Shown in pieces: positions 1 through 8,982 of a DNA stretch of 20,000 nt. The translations under genes and the position numbers were made by a program. The notes beneath the pieces were generated by a model. It was not told the DNA's origin, made no database searches, and was given only the letters and a program-made list of their open reading frames with translations. Source of the DNA: Chiloscyllium plagiosum (taxonomy: Eukaryota). The DNA lies in the NCBI RefSeq assembly GCF_004010195.1, contig NC_057756.1, positions 9,045,952-9,065,951 on the forward strand. The letters are read 5' to 3'. The first letter of the stretch is position 1, and each line of letters starts with the position of its first letter.

Positions 1-401
1 CCACAGATTGGAAAACTCCAAATGTAATCCCAGCTCCATGTTATTTTACATTCATATTTCATTCTCACCTTGTTTAAACCCTAATATTAATGAAAGGAGA
101 GAGAAAACAGGGAACTACAGACCTGTTAGCCTGTCATCAGTTATAGGTAGAATACTAGAATTTATTAGAAACAATGTGATTACTAGGTGTTTAAAAATTA
201 ACTGTCTGATTGGGCAGAGTGAATCCTTCTTCTATAAAGGGGAAACCACGTTTGATAAACGTGATTGAGTTTTTTTGAGGATGTTTGTAGCAGCGTGAAT
301 AAGATGGACAGTGGACCTGATGTATTTTAATTTTCAGAAGTCTTTTGTTAAAGTGCCACACAGGAGGTTGGTGAACAACATTAAAACGGATGCCGCTGGA
401 G
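1..401 (+). mobile_element. CR1-clade LINE ORF2 (RT) relic, left part of the host element
   Basis: Translates to DWKTPNVIP ... KTGNYRPVSLSSVIGRILE ... VDLMYFNFQKSFVKVPHRRLV, matching CR1 RT motifs (NYRPVSLTS, YLDFxKAFDKVPH), with frameshifts. Confidence 0.9.
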
Positions 402-404
402 ATT

Positions 405-415
405 CAAGATGGCGG
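405..415 (+). promoter_or_regulatory. YY1-type motif at the L1 5' end (internal promoter element)
   Basis: CAAGATGGCGG lies within the first bases of the L1, matching the YY1 consensus and its known position in vertebrate L1 5' UTRs. Confidence 0.6.
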
Positions 416-569
416 CAGTCTGAAAAGTCTGCTGTGTTGGGTTGTGTGCCATACCCCGGGCAGGGTGGGCTCCTACCTCAACCCCCCACCCCCACATTAG
501 CCACCCCTGAGGAAGATTTTTAGTATAAAGCAGGTACAGCACCTAAATTAGGATTTGGAGGCTCTGGAT

Positions 570-1437
570 ATGAAACGAAGACGTCCAAAGGAAGGAGAGC
601 TAGGGGAGTGCAGCAGGCAGAGCACTCCCCTGCTGTGTTGGGTGCACCCGCAGCTGCTGCCTCAACTCCCATGGCAGCGCCTTTAAGTTCAGTGGAGCAG
701 CAGCATCTACTCGGGGAGTTCGCAAAACTCCATGAAAAAATCAAAAAAGCACTGGAGCCGATTACTGCCACACTGACAAAGGATAAGCAAGAGATCCGGG
801 CGTTGGATCGGCACGTGGAAGCAGTCAAGCAAAGGACTGCGGCCTCGGAGACCCCGATGGTGAGCTCTGAGGGGCGGCTCCGAACCTTGGAAGGCCAGGT
901 TCGGGCCTTGCTGGAACAAGTAGACGACCTCGAAAATTGAGGTCGGAGAAAAAATTTACAGGTCGCAGTTCTTCCGGAGAGTGAGGAGGGTGAGAATCTG
1001 GCTGAATTTCTTGAGAGGTGGCTCCTGGATTTGCTGGGGCTGGAGATTGTGTTGGGCTGGTTGAGTGTGGAGTGGGCCCAACGGATCGCGATACACAGGT
1101 CCGGGTCAGATTTGCACCCCACCCCGCCCAGTCCTAGTGCGACTCCAGCACTATAAAGAAAAGCAGTTAATAATAGAAACGTCCAGAAGACTGGGAAGAG
1201 ATCCAAAGGGCTTTGGTATATAAAGGTTCAAGGATAATGATTTTGCAAGACTTTTCTTGGGCCATAATTAAGAAAAGGAAGACTTTTGATGATGTAAAGA
1301 AAAAAATTAAGAGACTTGAATATTCAGTATTCTCTGAGGTACCTGACAATGCTACAGTTTAATTATGGGGGGGGGGGGTCTGTCTACAACTTTGACTTGG
1401 CAGATAAAGCAAAGAATTTTTTAACTCTCTGAAATAA
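570..1437 (+). pseudogene. L1 ORF1p relic (coiled coil + RRM + CTD)
   Basis: Heptad region ...RLRTLEGQVRALLEQVDDLEN*GRRKNLQVAVLPESEEGENLAEFLERWL ... RPVLVRLQHYKEKQLII ... IMILQDFSWAIIKKRKTFDDVKKKLRDLNIQYSLRY. TGA at 938-940 (probable CGA decay) plus frameshifts. The start position is approximate. Confidence 0.88.
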
Positions 1438-1862
1438 TAGATTTGACCGAGGGGGAAAGAGAAAAAGATGTGTGCGGACAATGGCATAATCTTTTTTTTT
1501 ATCTTCTCTTTCTTCGTTCTTTTCCCTTTTGTGGTCTCTTGCCTTATAGATGTGGTAGTGCTTTGGTGTAAAATCTGGTTTGTTTCATATTATATCTGTT
1601 TGGTAGTCATCTGTTGTTTTACTGTTCTGTTTTTCTGGGCGAAGGGTGGTTACTTCTTTGACGTAAAGACATGTGAGGTTGTGATATGGAGGGGGAGGGG
1701 AGGGCGTCCATTGTTAACTTGCAGGAGCATAAATAACATGTCTTTTTCATTGGCTGTGTTTGGGGGTGTGGCCTTAACTGGAAGGTGCCAGGGTGGCTGT
1801 AAGGTTGGGAGTGAATGCCCCCTATGGGTGAGAGGGGAGATCGCAGGCTATAGTAGGCAGTC

Positions 1863-2020
1863 ATGGCTAGTGATCTGTTCAGATGGTGCACCTGGAAAAT
1901 AAAGGGGAGCCACTCCCCCATTAATAGGAGAAAGGTGCTTTCAAACATAGGAAAGAAAGCGTTGACATTGCGCTGTTGCAAGAGACACATTTCACCAATA
2001 AGGAACATCTGAAGTTACAG
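1863..2020 (+). pseudogene. L1 ORF2 N-terminus (APE-type endonuclease), truncated
   Basis: MASDLFRWCTWKIKGSHSPINRRKVLS/RKESVDIALLQETHFTNKEHLKLQ contains the SWNVxG-like and LQETH motifs. Confidence 0.88.
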
Positions 2021-2376
2021 CATAGAGTCATAGAGATGTACAGCATAGAAACAGATCCCTCGGTCCAACCCGTCCATGCCAACCAGATATCCCAACCCAA
2101 TCTAGGCCCATTTGCCAGCACCTGGCCCATATGCAAGAAAACCCTTCCTATTCATATACCCATCCAGGTGCCTTTTAACTGTTTCAATTGTACCAGCCTC
2201 CAATACTTCCTCTGGCAGCTCATTACATACACGTACCACCCTCTGCATGAAATGTTTGCCCCTTAGGTCCCTTTTATATCTTTCCCCTCTCACCCTGAGC
2301 CTATGCCCTCTAGTTATGGACTCCCCCACCCCAAGGAAAAGACTTTGTCTATTTATCCTATCTGTGCCCCTCATGA
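2021..2376 (-). mobile_element. CR1 3' end fragment inserted in L1 ORF2
   Basis: Minus strand reads TRGHRLRVRGERYKRDLRGKHFMQRVVRVCNELPEEV, then a 3' UTR ending in (CTCTATGA)n. Same family as 18305-19150. Confidence 0.9.
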
Positions 2377-2826
2377 CCAGACAGGTTTCATCAAGAGCTG
2401 CAGCTCCTCCAACAACATCAGATGGTGTTGAATATAGTGCAGATATGTCAGCAGAGATTGATTCTGGGCTGGGTGCTCTCCCTGGATGCAGAAACGGCTT
2501 TTGTTCAGGTGGAATGGTCGTATCTCTTTGCTGTTCGAGATTGTTTTGGTCTGAGAGGGGCCTTTGCCAGATGGGTGGCAGTGTTACGTAGTGATCCCAA
2601 GGTGGCAGTTATCATGAATGGGGTCAAATCGAGCAACTTTAGTGTGGGGAGGGGCAGCCGACAGGGGTGTCCCCTGTCACCGCTGCTGTTTACTTTGGTC
2701 ACTGAACTGTTGGCCAAGGCCATCCGAAAGGACCCTGAAATAGGTGGGAATTGGGGAACACAAAATTACTCTTTATGCGGATATGTCCTTCTGTTTTTGG
2801 CTAATCCGGCAAAGTCTATACCTAGC
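2375..2826 (+). pseudogene. L1 ORF2 reverse transcriptase core relic
   Basis: DQTGFIK ... SLDAETAFVQVEWSYLF ... GRGSRQGCPLSPLLF ... KITLYAD/VLLFL, with frameshifts. Confidence 0.9.
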
Positions 2827-2991
2827 TAAAACAAAAAGTTAACTTCATACATGCACAGAAATTAATGCTTCTGTGTAGCACAATTAAAAAGGATCAGTAA
2901 AGTATGTGATAAAATCCCTTTTGGTATATTTCTGAACATTTGGTAGTATGCGATGAGGTGCTGTGGAGCTATTTAATATTGATAGGTTACT

Positions 2992-3082
2992 AATGGGACT
3001 AGATTGGGTTGGGATATCCGGTCGGCATGGACGGGTTGGACCGAAGGGTCTGTTTCCATGCTGTACATCTCTGTGACTCTAT
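2992..3082 (+). mobile_element. Short CR1 3' tail
   Basis: Near reverse complement of 2021-2105 (GGCATGGACGGGTTGGACCGAAGGGTCTGTTTCCATGCTGTACATCTCTGTGACTCTAT). Confidence 0.88.
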
Positions 3083-3375
3083 CAAGCCATACTGACCTTG
3101 AGTCCTTACGCACCCATTCACCCATACATGACAGCAGTATGCCTGTTTGGTATCTCTTCAGATCTGGGAGTTCCACCCCTTCATATCCTGCGGAAGTTGC
3201 ACCTTGGTAAATTTAATTAGGGGGCACCTCCTGCACCAAATAAATGATCCAAGCCCACTGACAAATCTCCACAGCACCTGTTTGGGTAATGACAACAGGA
3301 GCATCCTCATGGGATATAATAACCAAGGAAGAACATCCATTTTAATCAAGGTTATATGGCCTAGCGTGATATGAG
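3083..3375 (-). pseudogene. Inverted internal segment of L1 ORF2 (post-RT region)
   Basis: Minus strand reads LGHITLIKMDVLPWLLYPMRML...SFIWCRRCPLIKFTKVQLP / ELPDLKRYQ...VWLD, typical of the L1 GRIxLIKMxxLP...GGLxLP region but opposite in orientation to the rest of the L1. Confidence 0.85.
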
Positions 3376-3989
3376 TTCAGCTAGCTGGACGGCAGGTGTT
3401 GAAGACAACAAACACGCTGGTCTCCTGAACTTTTCCAATCGTAACTTCATATCGTCTCCAGCCAGAACATAAGCAAGTGGGTTAATGATGCTGTTCAAAC
3501 TGGCCATGACCCTGGCCACTTGGTAACCCAGATAAATATTTTTGAATGCACTGGCCCTGGAGTTGGAAATACCTCGAGATCAGGTTGGCGTTTCTCAGGA
3601 CATGGTAAGGAGCGAAGCAAAGGGATAACAAGAAAGTGACAATCAGCATGAGCTGAAGGCAGCTATCTGGCAAGCCTTGCTCCACGTTCTTACTGTGGAT
3701 CAGAACATCACAACGGGGCTGTAACAGCCAACAATGATGGGGAAAGGGAGGAAGAAAGTGATCACAGCCATGTACTCCCGCGTCTCCCTTATCGTAACAC
3801 CGTCGTAGCGTTCAGTGCCATTGAGATCGGCCTTGGTTAAATTTGGATCGGCCAAGGTTTGGGCTAGAACCAGCCCTCGGACCAGAACGCTGATGAGCAG
3901 TGAGTGGTGGCGATTCCAGCTGCCCAGCACCTTCATGGGGTGTACTGTGCCCAGGTACCGTTGCACACTGATACAAGTGAGGAATCCAA
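3376..3989 (-). pseudogene. P2RY1-like: P2Y purinoceptor 1-like class A GPCR fragment (TM3 to C-terminal tail), frameshifted
   Basis: Three frames join as GFLTCISVQRYLGTVHPMKVLG...FFLPFPIIVGCY / LIHSKNVEQ...CLQLMLIVTFLLSLCFAPYHVLRNANL / NIYLGYQVARVMASLNSIINPLAYVLAGDD. These are the P2Y TM3 FLTCISxxRY, TM6 CFxPYHxxR and TM7 YQVxRxxASLNSxxNPxxY motifs. Frameshifts near 3703 and 3540; TM1-TM2 absent. The exact subtype is uncertain. Confidence 0.85.
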
Positions 3990-5040
3990 GCCTCGCAGGT
4001 GAGATGTCCCCTCATCAACTTACTGTTGATGGATAAGATGAGATCTGTGGCTGAGCACTGTGAGAGCCCGATTGGCATAAATCAGGTGAAAACATGGAGG
4101 ATAATGTGGCAGGGTGAGGGCAATTTGCTTAAGGCTTCGCTGTTTACCCCATTTGGGGGAGCCCCAGGGGTCAATGGACTCCAGCTTCAGAGCATGGAAG
4201 GGTAAGGGAATCTCCTGACTGGGAGATTTATTCGAGGGAGAGATCTTGATGTCTTTCAACCAATTAAGTCAGAAATATAGAATTCCTAATAGGGACCTTT
4301 TCCGATACTTCCAGGTTAGGGATCATAGACAGAAGAAGACTACACCCTTCGCCCAGCCATACAAGTCAGTTATAGAGAGGAATACTTTGATGTGGGAGCA
4401 TCTCTTGGTTAGTACCATATATTACCTACAGAGAGGGAATGCCTTGGGGGATATGGAGAGACTCCAGGGATCTGGAATCAGGAGTTAGGGGGAAGAAATC
4501 TCATTGGAAGCATGGGAGGATATATAGGGGAAATGTAAAGGAAATTTCTATGTGCAATAAGGCATAAGCGATGCAATTCAAGATCCTTCACAGGGCCCAT
4601 ATGGCGCCAGAGAGGTTAGCAAAGTTTAACAGGACACCCCCCACCCAGATCTTCTCCGAAATGCCCCGAATATAAAATCAGCATAGGCACCCTCACACAT
4701 TGCTTTTGGTCCTGTTACAAGATTTGCAGATACTGGGCTGCCATAGTGAATGAGCTGGAGAAGATCCTGGGGAATTGAAGTTAAGGAGGATCCGGTATCC
4801 CTTCTTTTGGGATTACCGAATCTGTCCTCTCTGGATGAGCACAGGAGAGGTTATTTAACATTCTTACACACTGTGTGGGGAAGAACATTGCAATGAATTG
4901 GATGTTAGAAAATCCTCCAGGTCTTGTGGGGTGACGCACACTTGTGATGGTGCACCTCCCCCATGGTGCAGCATAGAACAGAAATGGCAGCATAGATACA
5001 GACCTATCGGTGGATCTGATTAGGCTTTTATATATAGCTG
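3984..5040 (+). pseudogene. L1 ORF2 C-terminal relic including the Cys/His (zf-RVT-like) region
   Basis: IQASQVRCPLINLLL...GDLFEGEILMSFNQLSQKYRIPNRDLFRYFQVRD...MQFKILHRAHMAPERL...KCPEYKISIGTLTHCFWSCYKICRYW. The end coordinate is approximate. Confidence 0.88.
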
Positions 5041-5421
5041 CGAAGGCCGTATATGGTGGTCCGAGGGCCCCGGGGGTAGGGAAGGGGGGAGACCTAGTAA
5101 ACGTGGGCATAAATAACTGTTGCTCCCATGGATGGGAGCTTCAGTGCAGGTGCGATAAGTGGAGCAATGCAATGTAGTGCAATGTAATGTAATTTAATTT
5201 TATTGGATTGTAATTTAGTTTAATACAATTTCATTTAATTTGAGTTTATTTTAATTTGGGGTGTTAAGTTAAGTAAATATGAGACGATTGTACCTTGAAG
5301 AGTAGTAGGCAGATTATTGTTAACGTTATGAAAATGTGATATTATATCTACTTTTCTGTACTTCTGTACTTTTATAACTTTTCGGTTCTTTTTGTAAAGG
5401 AGTATATATATATATATAAAT

Positions 5422-6300
5422 AAATGCATGACACTAGAGGTAAGATATGAGTAATGTTTGAGGATTGGTTAGTGGGCTGAAAGCAGAGAGATAGAATAAA
5501 TGGTGGGCAGCACAGTGGCACAGTGGTTAGCACTGCTGCCTCACAGTGCCAGAGACCCGGGTTCAATTCTCGCCTCAGGCGACTGTGTGGATTTTGCACT
5601 TTCTTCTCATGTCTGCTTGGGTTTCCTCTGGGTGCTCTGGTTTCCTCCCACAGTCCAAAAATGTGCAGGTGAGGTGAATTGGCCATGCTAAATTTCCCGT
5701 AGTATTAGGTGAAGGGGTAAATGTAGGGGAATGAGTCCGGGTGTATTGCGCTTCGGTGGTCGGTGTGGACTTGTTGGGCCGAAGGGCATGTTTCCACACT
5801 GTAAGTAATCTAATCACAAAAAAATGGATAATTGTCAGGCTGTGTCCGGTGGGGATTAGTAAGGATCAATGTTTAGGCCCCTGCACATCACAATCTACAT
5901 CAATGTTTTGATGTGAGAACAATTGTATTATTTCCCAAGCATGTACATGAGGCAAAACTTGATGGGAATATGAGTTGTGAGCAAGACGTAAAGGCACAGC
6001 AGAGAGATGTAGTCGGTTTGAGTGAGTCGACAAGAGCCTGAGAGATAGAATATAGTGTTGACAAGTATGAAGTTGTCCCCTTTGATAGGAGGGTCAGCAG
6101 TGTAGAATATTTGTAAATTGGTGAGAGATTAGAAAGTGTTGACATCTAAAGGTATGCAGGTGTTCTCGTTAGTGAGTCACTGGAAGCTAACATACTGGTG
6201 CATCAATGGATATGGGAGTACTGCAGGAAAATGGCCATGATCTCAATGAATGGAGGAGCAGTCTGGATGGGCCAAATGGCCTACTCTTGCACCTTTTCAC
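5422..6300 (+). mobile_element. CR1 relic, right part of the host element (interrupted by SINE 5505-5817)
   Basis: Resumes with HDTRGK...EDWLVG*KQRDRING. After the SINE come degenerate QGS/IYIN/ISK..KLxG motifs, then a jump to a CR1-type tail (GATCTCAATGAATGGAGGAGCAG...GGCCTACTC). Confidence 0.8.
5505..5817 (+). mobile_element. HE1-type tRNA-derived SINE (V-SINE), full length
   Basis: Pol III A box TGGCACAGTGG (5516-5526), B box GGTTCAATTCT (5560-5570), V-domain-like GGGTTTCCTCTGGGTGCTCTGGTTTCCTCCCACA, and a CR1-like tail ending in AATCT repeats. Confidence 0.9.
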
Positions 6301-6590
6301 GTCCTTATTTCACAGCTAGAATGGATTTAATATAAAGTTAGTTTTGTGGGATTCAGTGGAAGCCCACAGGACAAGCAAGGGTTAAATTAGACTTGATTAG
6401 ACCAGGGTTGAGTCCTCAGCAGTTACTTTCAGGGCAAGAACAGTGGCCTTGTATTGCTAACTGGGGAAGTGGTCATAGAGGGAATGGGGGATCTTTAAAA
6501 TGATTGAAGCACTTAGGCAAACAGCAAGGGGTAACTGCAGAGATCAGTTTCAAATGCCCTTGCTATAGAAATTGACATTGCTTTGGAATT

Positions 6591-6788
6591 CTGGATTAGT
6601 GGTGCTGGAAGAGCACAGCAGTTCAGGCAGCATCCAAGGAGCAGCGAAATCGATGTTTTGGGCAAAAGCCCTTCTTTGCCCGAAACGTCGATTTCACTGC
6701 TCCTTGGATGCTGCCTGAACTGCTGTGCTCTTCCAGCACCATTAATCCAGAATCTGGTTTCCAGCATCTGCAGTCATTGTTTTTACCT
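6591..6788. mobile_element. Fold-back Penelope-like terminal-repeat insertion (family A) with the hammerhead centre deleted
   Basis: About 75-bp inverted arms (6591-~6665 vs ~6675-6749). Flanking direct repeat CATTGCTTT(G/A)GAATT at 6576-6590 and 6789-6803. Confidence 0.75.
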
Positions 6789-6945
6789 CATTGCTTTAGA
6801 ATTGACATTCCTATAGAAATTAACTTTGCGAGAGAAATTGACATTGTGAGAGACTTGACAAATACAGTTACACCCAAACCACAGAAACCACAAGAGTATA
6901 AGAATGTGAGCCATGATCCAACAGAGAAATCTGCCTTTTAACATC

Positions 6946-7455
6946 AGAGGAAGGGTCCTGGGGAAGGGTTACACCTGAAACGTCAAATTATCCACCTCCT
7001 GGTGCTGCCTGCCTTGCTGTGTTGCCCCAGCCTGCTGCCTGTCCCTCCTGATGCTGCCTGGCTTGCTGTGTTCTCCTAGGGAAGGGTCCTGGGGAAGGGT
7101 TACACCTGAAACGTCAAATTATCCACCTCCTGGTGCTGCCTGCCTTGCTGTGTTGCCCCAGCCTCCTGCCTGTCCCTCCTGATGCTGCCTGGCTTGCTGT
7201 ATTTTTCCAGCCTCCTGCCTGTTCCTCCTGATGCTGCCTGGCTTGCTGTGTTCTCCTAGCCTCCTGCTTGTCCCTCCTGATGCTGCCTGGCTTGCTGCAT
7301 TTTTCCAGCCTCCTGCCTGTCCAACCTGATGCTGCCTGGCTTTCTGTGATCTTCCAGCCTCCTGCCCGTCCCTCCTGGTGCTGCCTGGCTTGCTGTGTTC
7401 TTCCAGCCTCCTGCCTGGGGCTATTTCAGATCCTAGCATTTGCAGTTTTTTTTGT
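6946..7455 (+). repeat. PLE-derived minisatellite (~49-bp units) with a 131-bp higher-order duplication
   Basis: About 8 copies of CCTCCTGATGCTGCCTGGCTTGCTGTGTTCTTCCAGCCTCCTGCCTGTC. The block starting 6949 repeats at 7080. An exact 11-bp direct repeat CTTTTAACATC flanks it (6935-6945, 7456-7466). Confidence 0.85.
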
Positions 7456-7770
7456 CTTTTAACATCTAAGCAGCAGCCTTGCACCATCAATGTAGTTGTC
7501 TCGTTTTTGCAATTGTACCATCCATGTAACTGCCACACTTCTGCAATAAAGAATACATTGTGTAGTTCCCGTCCCCGGTTTTTCCTATTCCCAGGGGAAA
7601 CGAGTACCGAACAGTAACTTTAACTGCAAACTTCATGTCAGTGGGAAAACTGAGTTAGTCTTTTTACATTAACTGTTAGACCTGGTGTATTTGACCCCGC
7701 AGTGAAATCAAGCATTTGAATAATCATCTGACAATACTGAATGGGATGTGTTGGCCATGATCAAAATGAG

Positions 7771-7869
7771 GCAGTAGAGGGAACTGCAGATGCTAGAGAT
7801 TAGGGTCAAGATTAGAGTGGGGCTGCCTGACCTGCTGTGCCTTTGCAGCACCACTCTAATCTTGACCAG
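7771..7869. mobile_element. 99-bp mini fold-back PLE family A insertion
   Basis: Perfect 17-bp inverted repeat at 7804-7820 / 7851-7867. Exact 12-bp TSD GATCAAAATGAG at 7759-7770 and 7870-7881. Confidence 0.8.
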
Positions 7870-8218
7870 GATCAAAATGAGTCTTTTCGTCTATTGCAAG
7901 TGTCAGTCCCGAAATCTCCACTGACACCATTAAGGTGAAGTGTATAAACGTCCTCATCAGTGACCCTTCCCTCTGTGTGGTGTGTTGTTAAATTTTTCCA
8001 TTGATCGGCAGTTTTCATGTTTATACACAAAAGATTTTGATAAGATCTGGTCATTGGACGGGGCTAATCTGGCGTAGAATGTTGTCATTTTTTTTGGTGA
8101 AAACTGATTATTTTACCTTTGGTATCTATAGTGGCAAAAGAGAAACTAGGTCCCTATTATAGAAAGTGATGCTTGTAGATGGGCTGTGCAGATGAGGGTT
8201 TATTAACTATTTGACCTG

Positions 8219-8378
8219 AGGAGGCTGGTACAATTACAGCATTTAAAAGGCATCTCGATGGGTATATGAATAGGCCGGGTGCTGGCAGGTGGGACTAGAT
8301 TAGGTTGGGATATCAGGTTGGCATGGAGGAGTTGGACCGAAAGGTCTGTTTCCATGCTGTACATTTATGACTCCATGC
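8219..8378 (+). mobile_element. CR1 3' tail fragment
   Basis: GAGGCTGGTACAATTACAGCATTTAAAAGGCAT...GTTGGACCGAAAGGTCTGTTTCCATGCTGTACAT, same family as 2021-2376. Confidence 0.88.
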
Positions 8379-8399
8379 CAACGCAGTTTTAAAAAAAAC

Positions 8400-8960
8400 T
8401 ATGCTGGCCACACCCTGACGTTCTGGCTGGGAATTCATTCTGACGTTACTATCGTTCTTTGTGTGTGAACAGGAAGGCACAGTCTGTTTGGCATCACGTT
8501 TGAGTTCTCAATATCCATTTACTTGCCACCAAATACAATATTACAATGATATAATTTAAGATGGAAATTGGCTGATATAAAGGAAAAATGTAAATTGAAG
8601 AATTATTTAGAAATAACATCGAGTTGGATGTATTCAAAAATATTCACCTTTCGATAAATATTTCAATTGGCGGGAGTTATTATATTGACATCCACACGGT
8701 TTTGATGTATTCTGTTATTAGCCGGGTGGATTTCACAAACACATTTGTTGCTGTTATTTTTACAGATTGGATGTGAGAATTGAGAGGTGTAGATTTTACC
8801 TGAATAGCTCAGCTTCAGGAGAGACAGCTCAGAACTAATCCTACCCTTGTGGATTCTGGTTGTGAAATGTAGACTTTCACTTTACCTCCCTCTTAGTTAA
8901 GGGTTGGAACCAGGATCTAAAAATGTCCACTGTTTGAATTAAATTGAATGATCCAATTAG
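8400..8960 (+). repeat. Diverged duplicate segment, copy 1 (paralogue of ~16140-16720)
   Basis: Collinear shared blocks: CCACAC..CTGG..GGGAAT..ATTC.GA, GGAAAT.GGCTGAT, GAG.TGGATGTAT, ATAAATATTTC, CAG|A.TG..TGTGAGAATTGA.AGGT..AGATTTTACCTGAAT, GTGGATTCTG.TTGTGA, TTGAAT..TCCAATTA. Confidence 0.75.
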
Positions 8961-8982
8961 ATATTCTCCCCACCGCGTAATT

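Larger units (their letters stand above)
402..5421 (+). mobile_element. 5'-complete but decayed and rearranged L1-clade LINE
   Basis: Starts with CAAGATGGCGG, followed by ORF1, an inter-ORF spacer, ORF2 pieces (EN, RT, C-terminal Cys/His region), an AT-rich 3' UTR and a (TA)n/AATAAA end. The flanking CR1 reading resumes after 5421. Degenerate TSD at 383-401 / 5422-5439. Confidence 0.9.

Noticed and set aside
520..1206. 228-aa minus-strand ORF with a hydrophobic N-terminus
   Set aside because: Antisense shadow of the L1 ORF1 relic; no independent protein motifs.
1468..1902. 144-aa hydrophobic ORF resembling a membrane protein
   Set aside because: Arises from the T-rich L1 inter-ORF spacer; low-complexity F/V/C composition.
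3376..3989. Functional P2Y receptor gene or exon
   Set aside because: Two frameshifts, an apparent deletion before TM5, no TM1-TM2, and both ends fused directly to L1 sequence.
5505..5580. tRNA genes (also 12151-12240 and 13722-13781)
   Set aside because: A/B boxes run directly into SINE bodies; these are SINE heads.
6513..6941. Recurrent short ORFs (MLPELLCSSST..., also at 15184 and 18871-19248) as a peptide family
   Set aside because: They are translations of the same non-coding PLE repeat on both strands.
6995..7420. CRISPR-like array (also considered for 19700-20000)
   Set aside because: Head-to-tail repeats without unique spacers, no cas genes, vertebrate retroelement context.
7566..7655. 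STAT/NF-kB/IRF-like motifs (TTCCCAGGGGAAA, GGGAAAACT)
   Set aside because: Short, imperfect matches expected by chance, with no linked gene identified.
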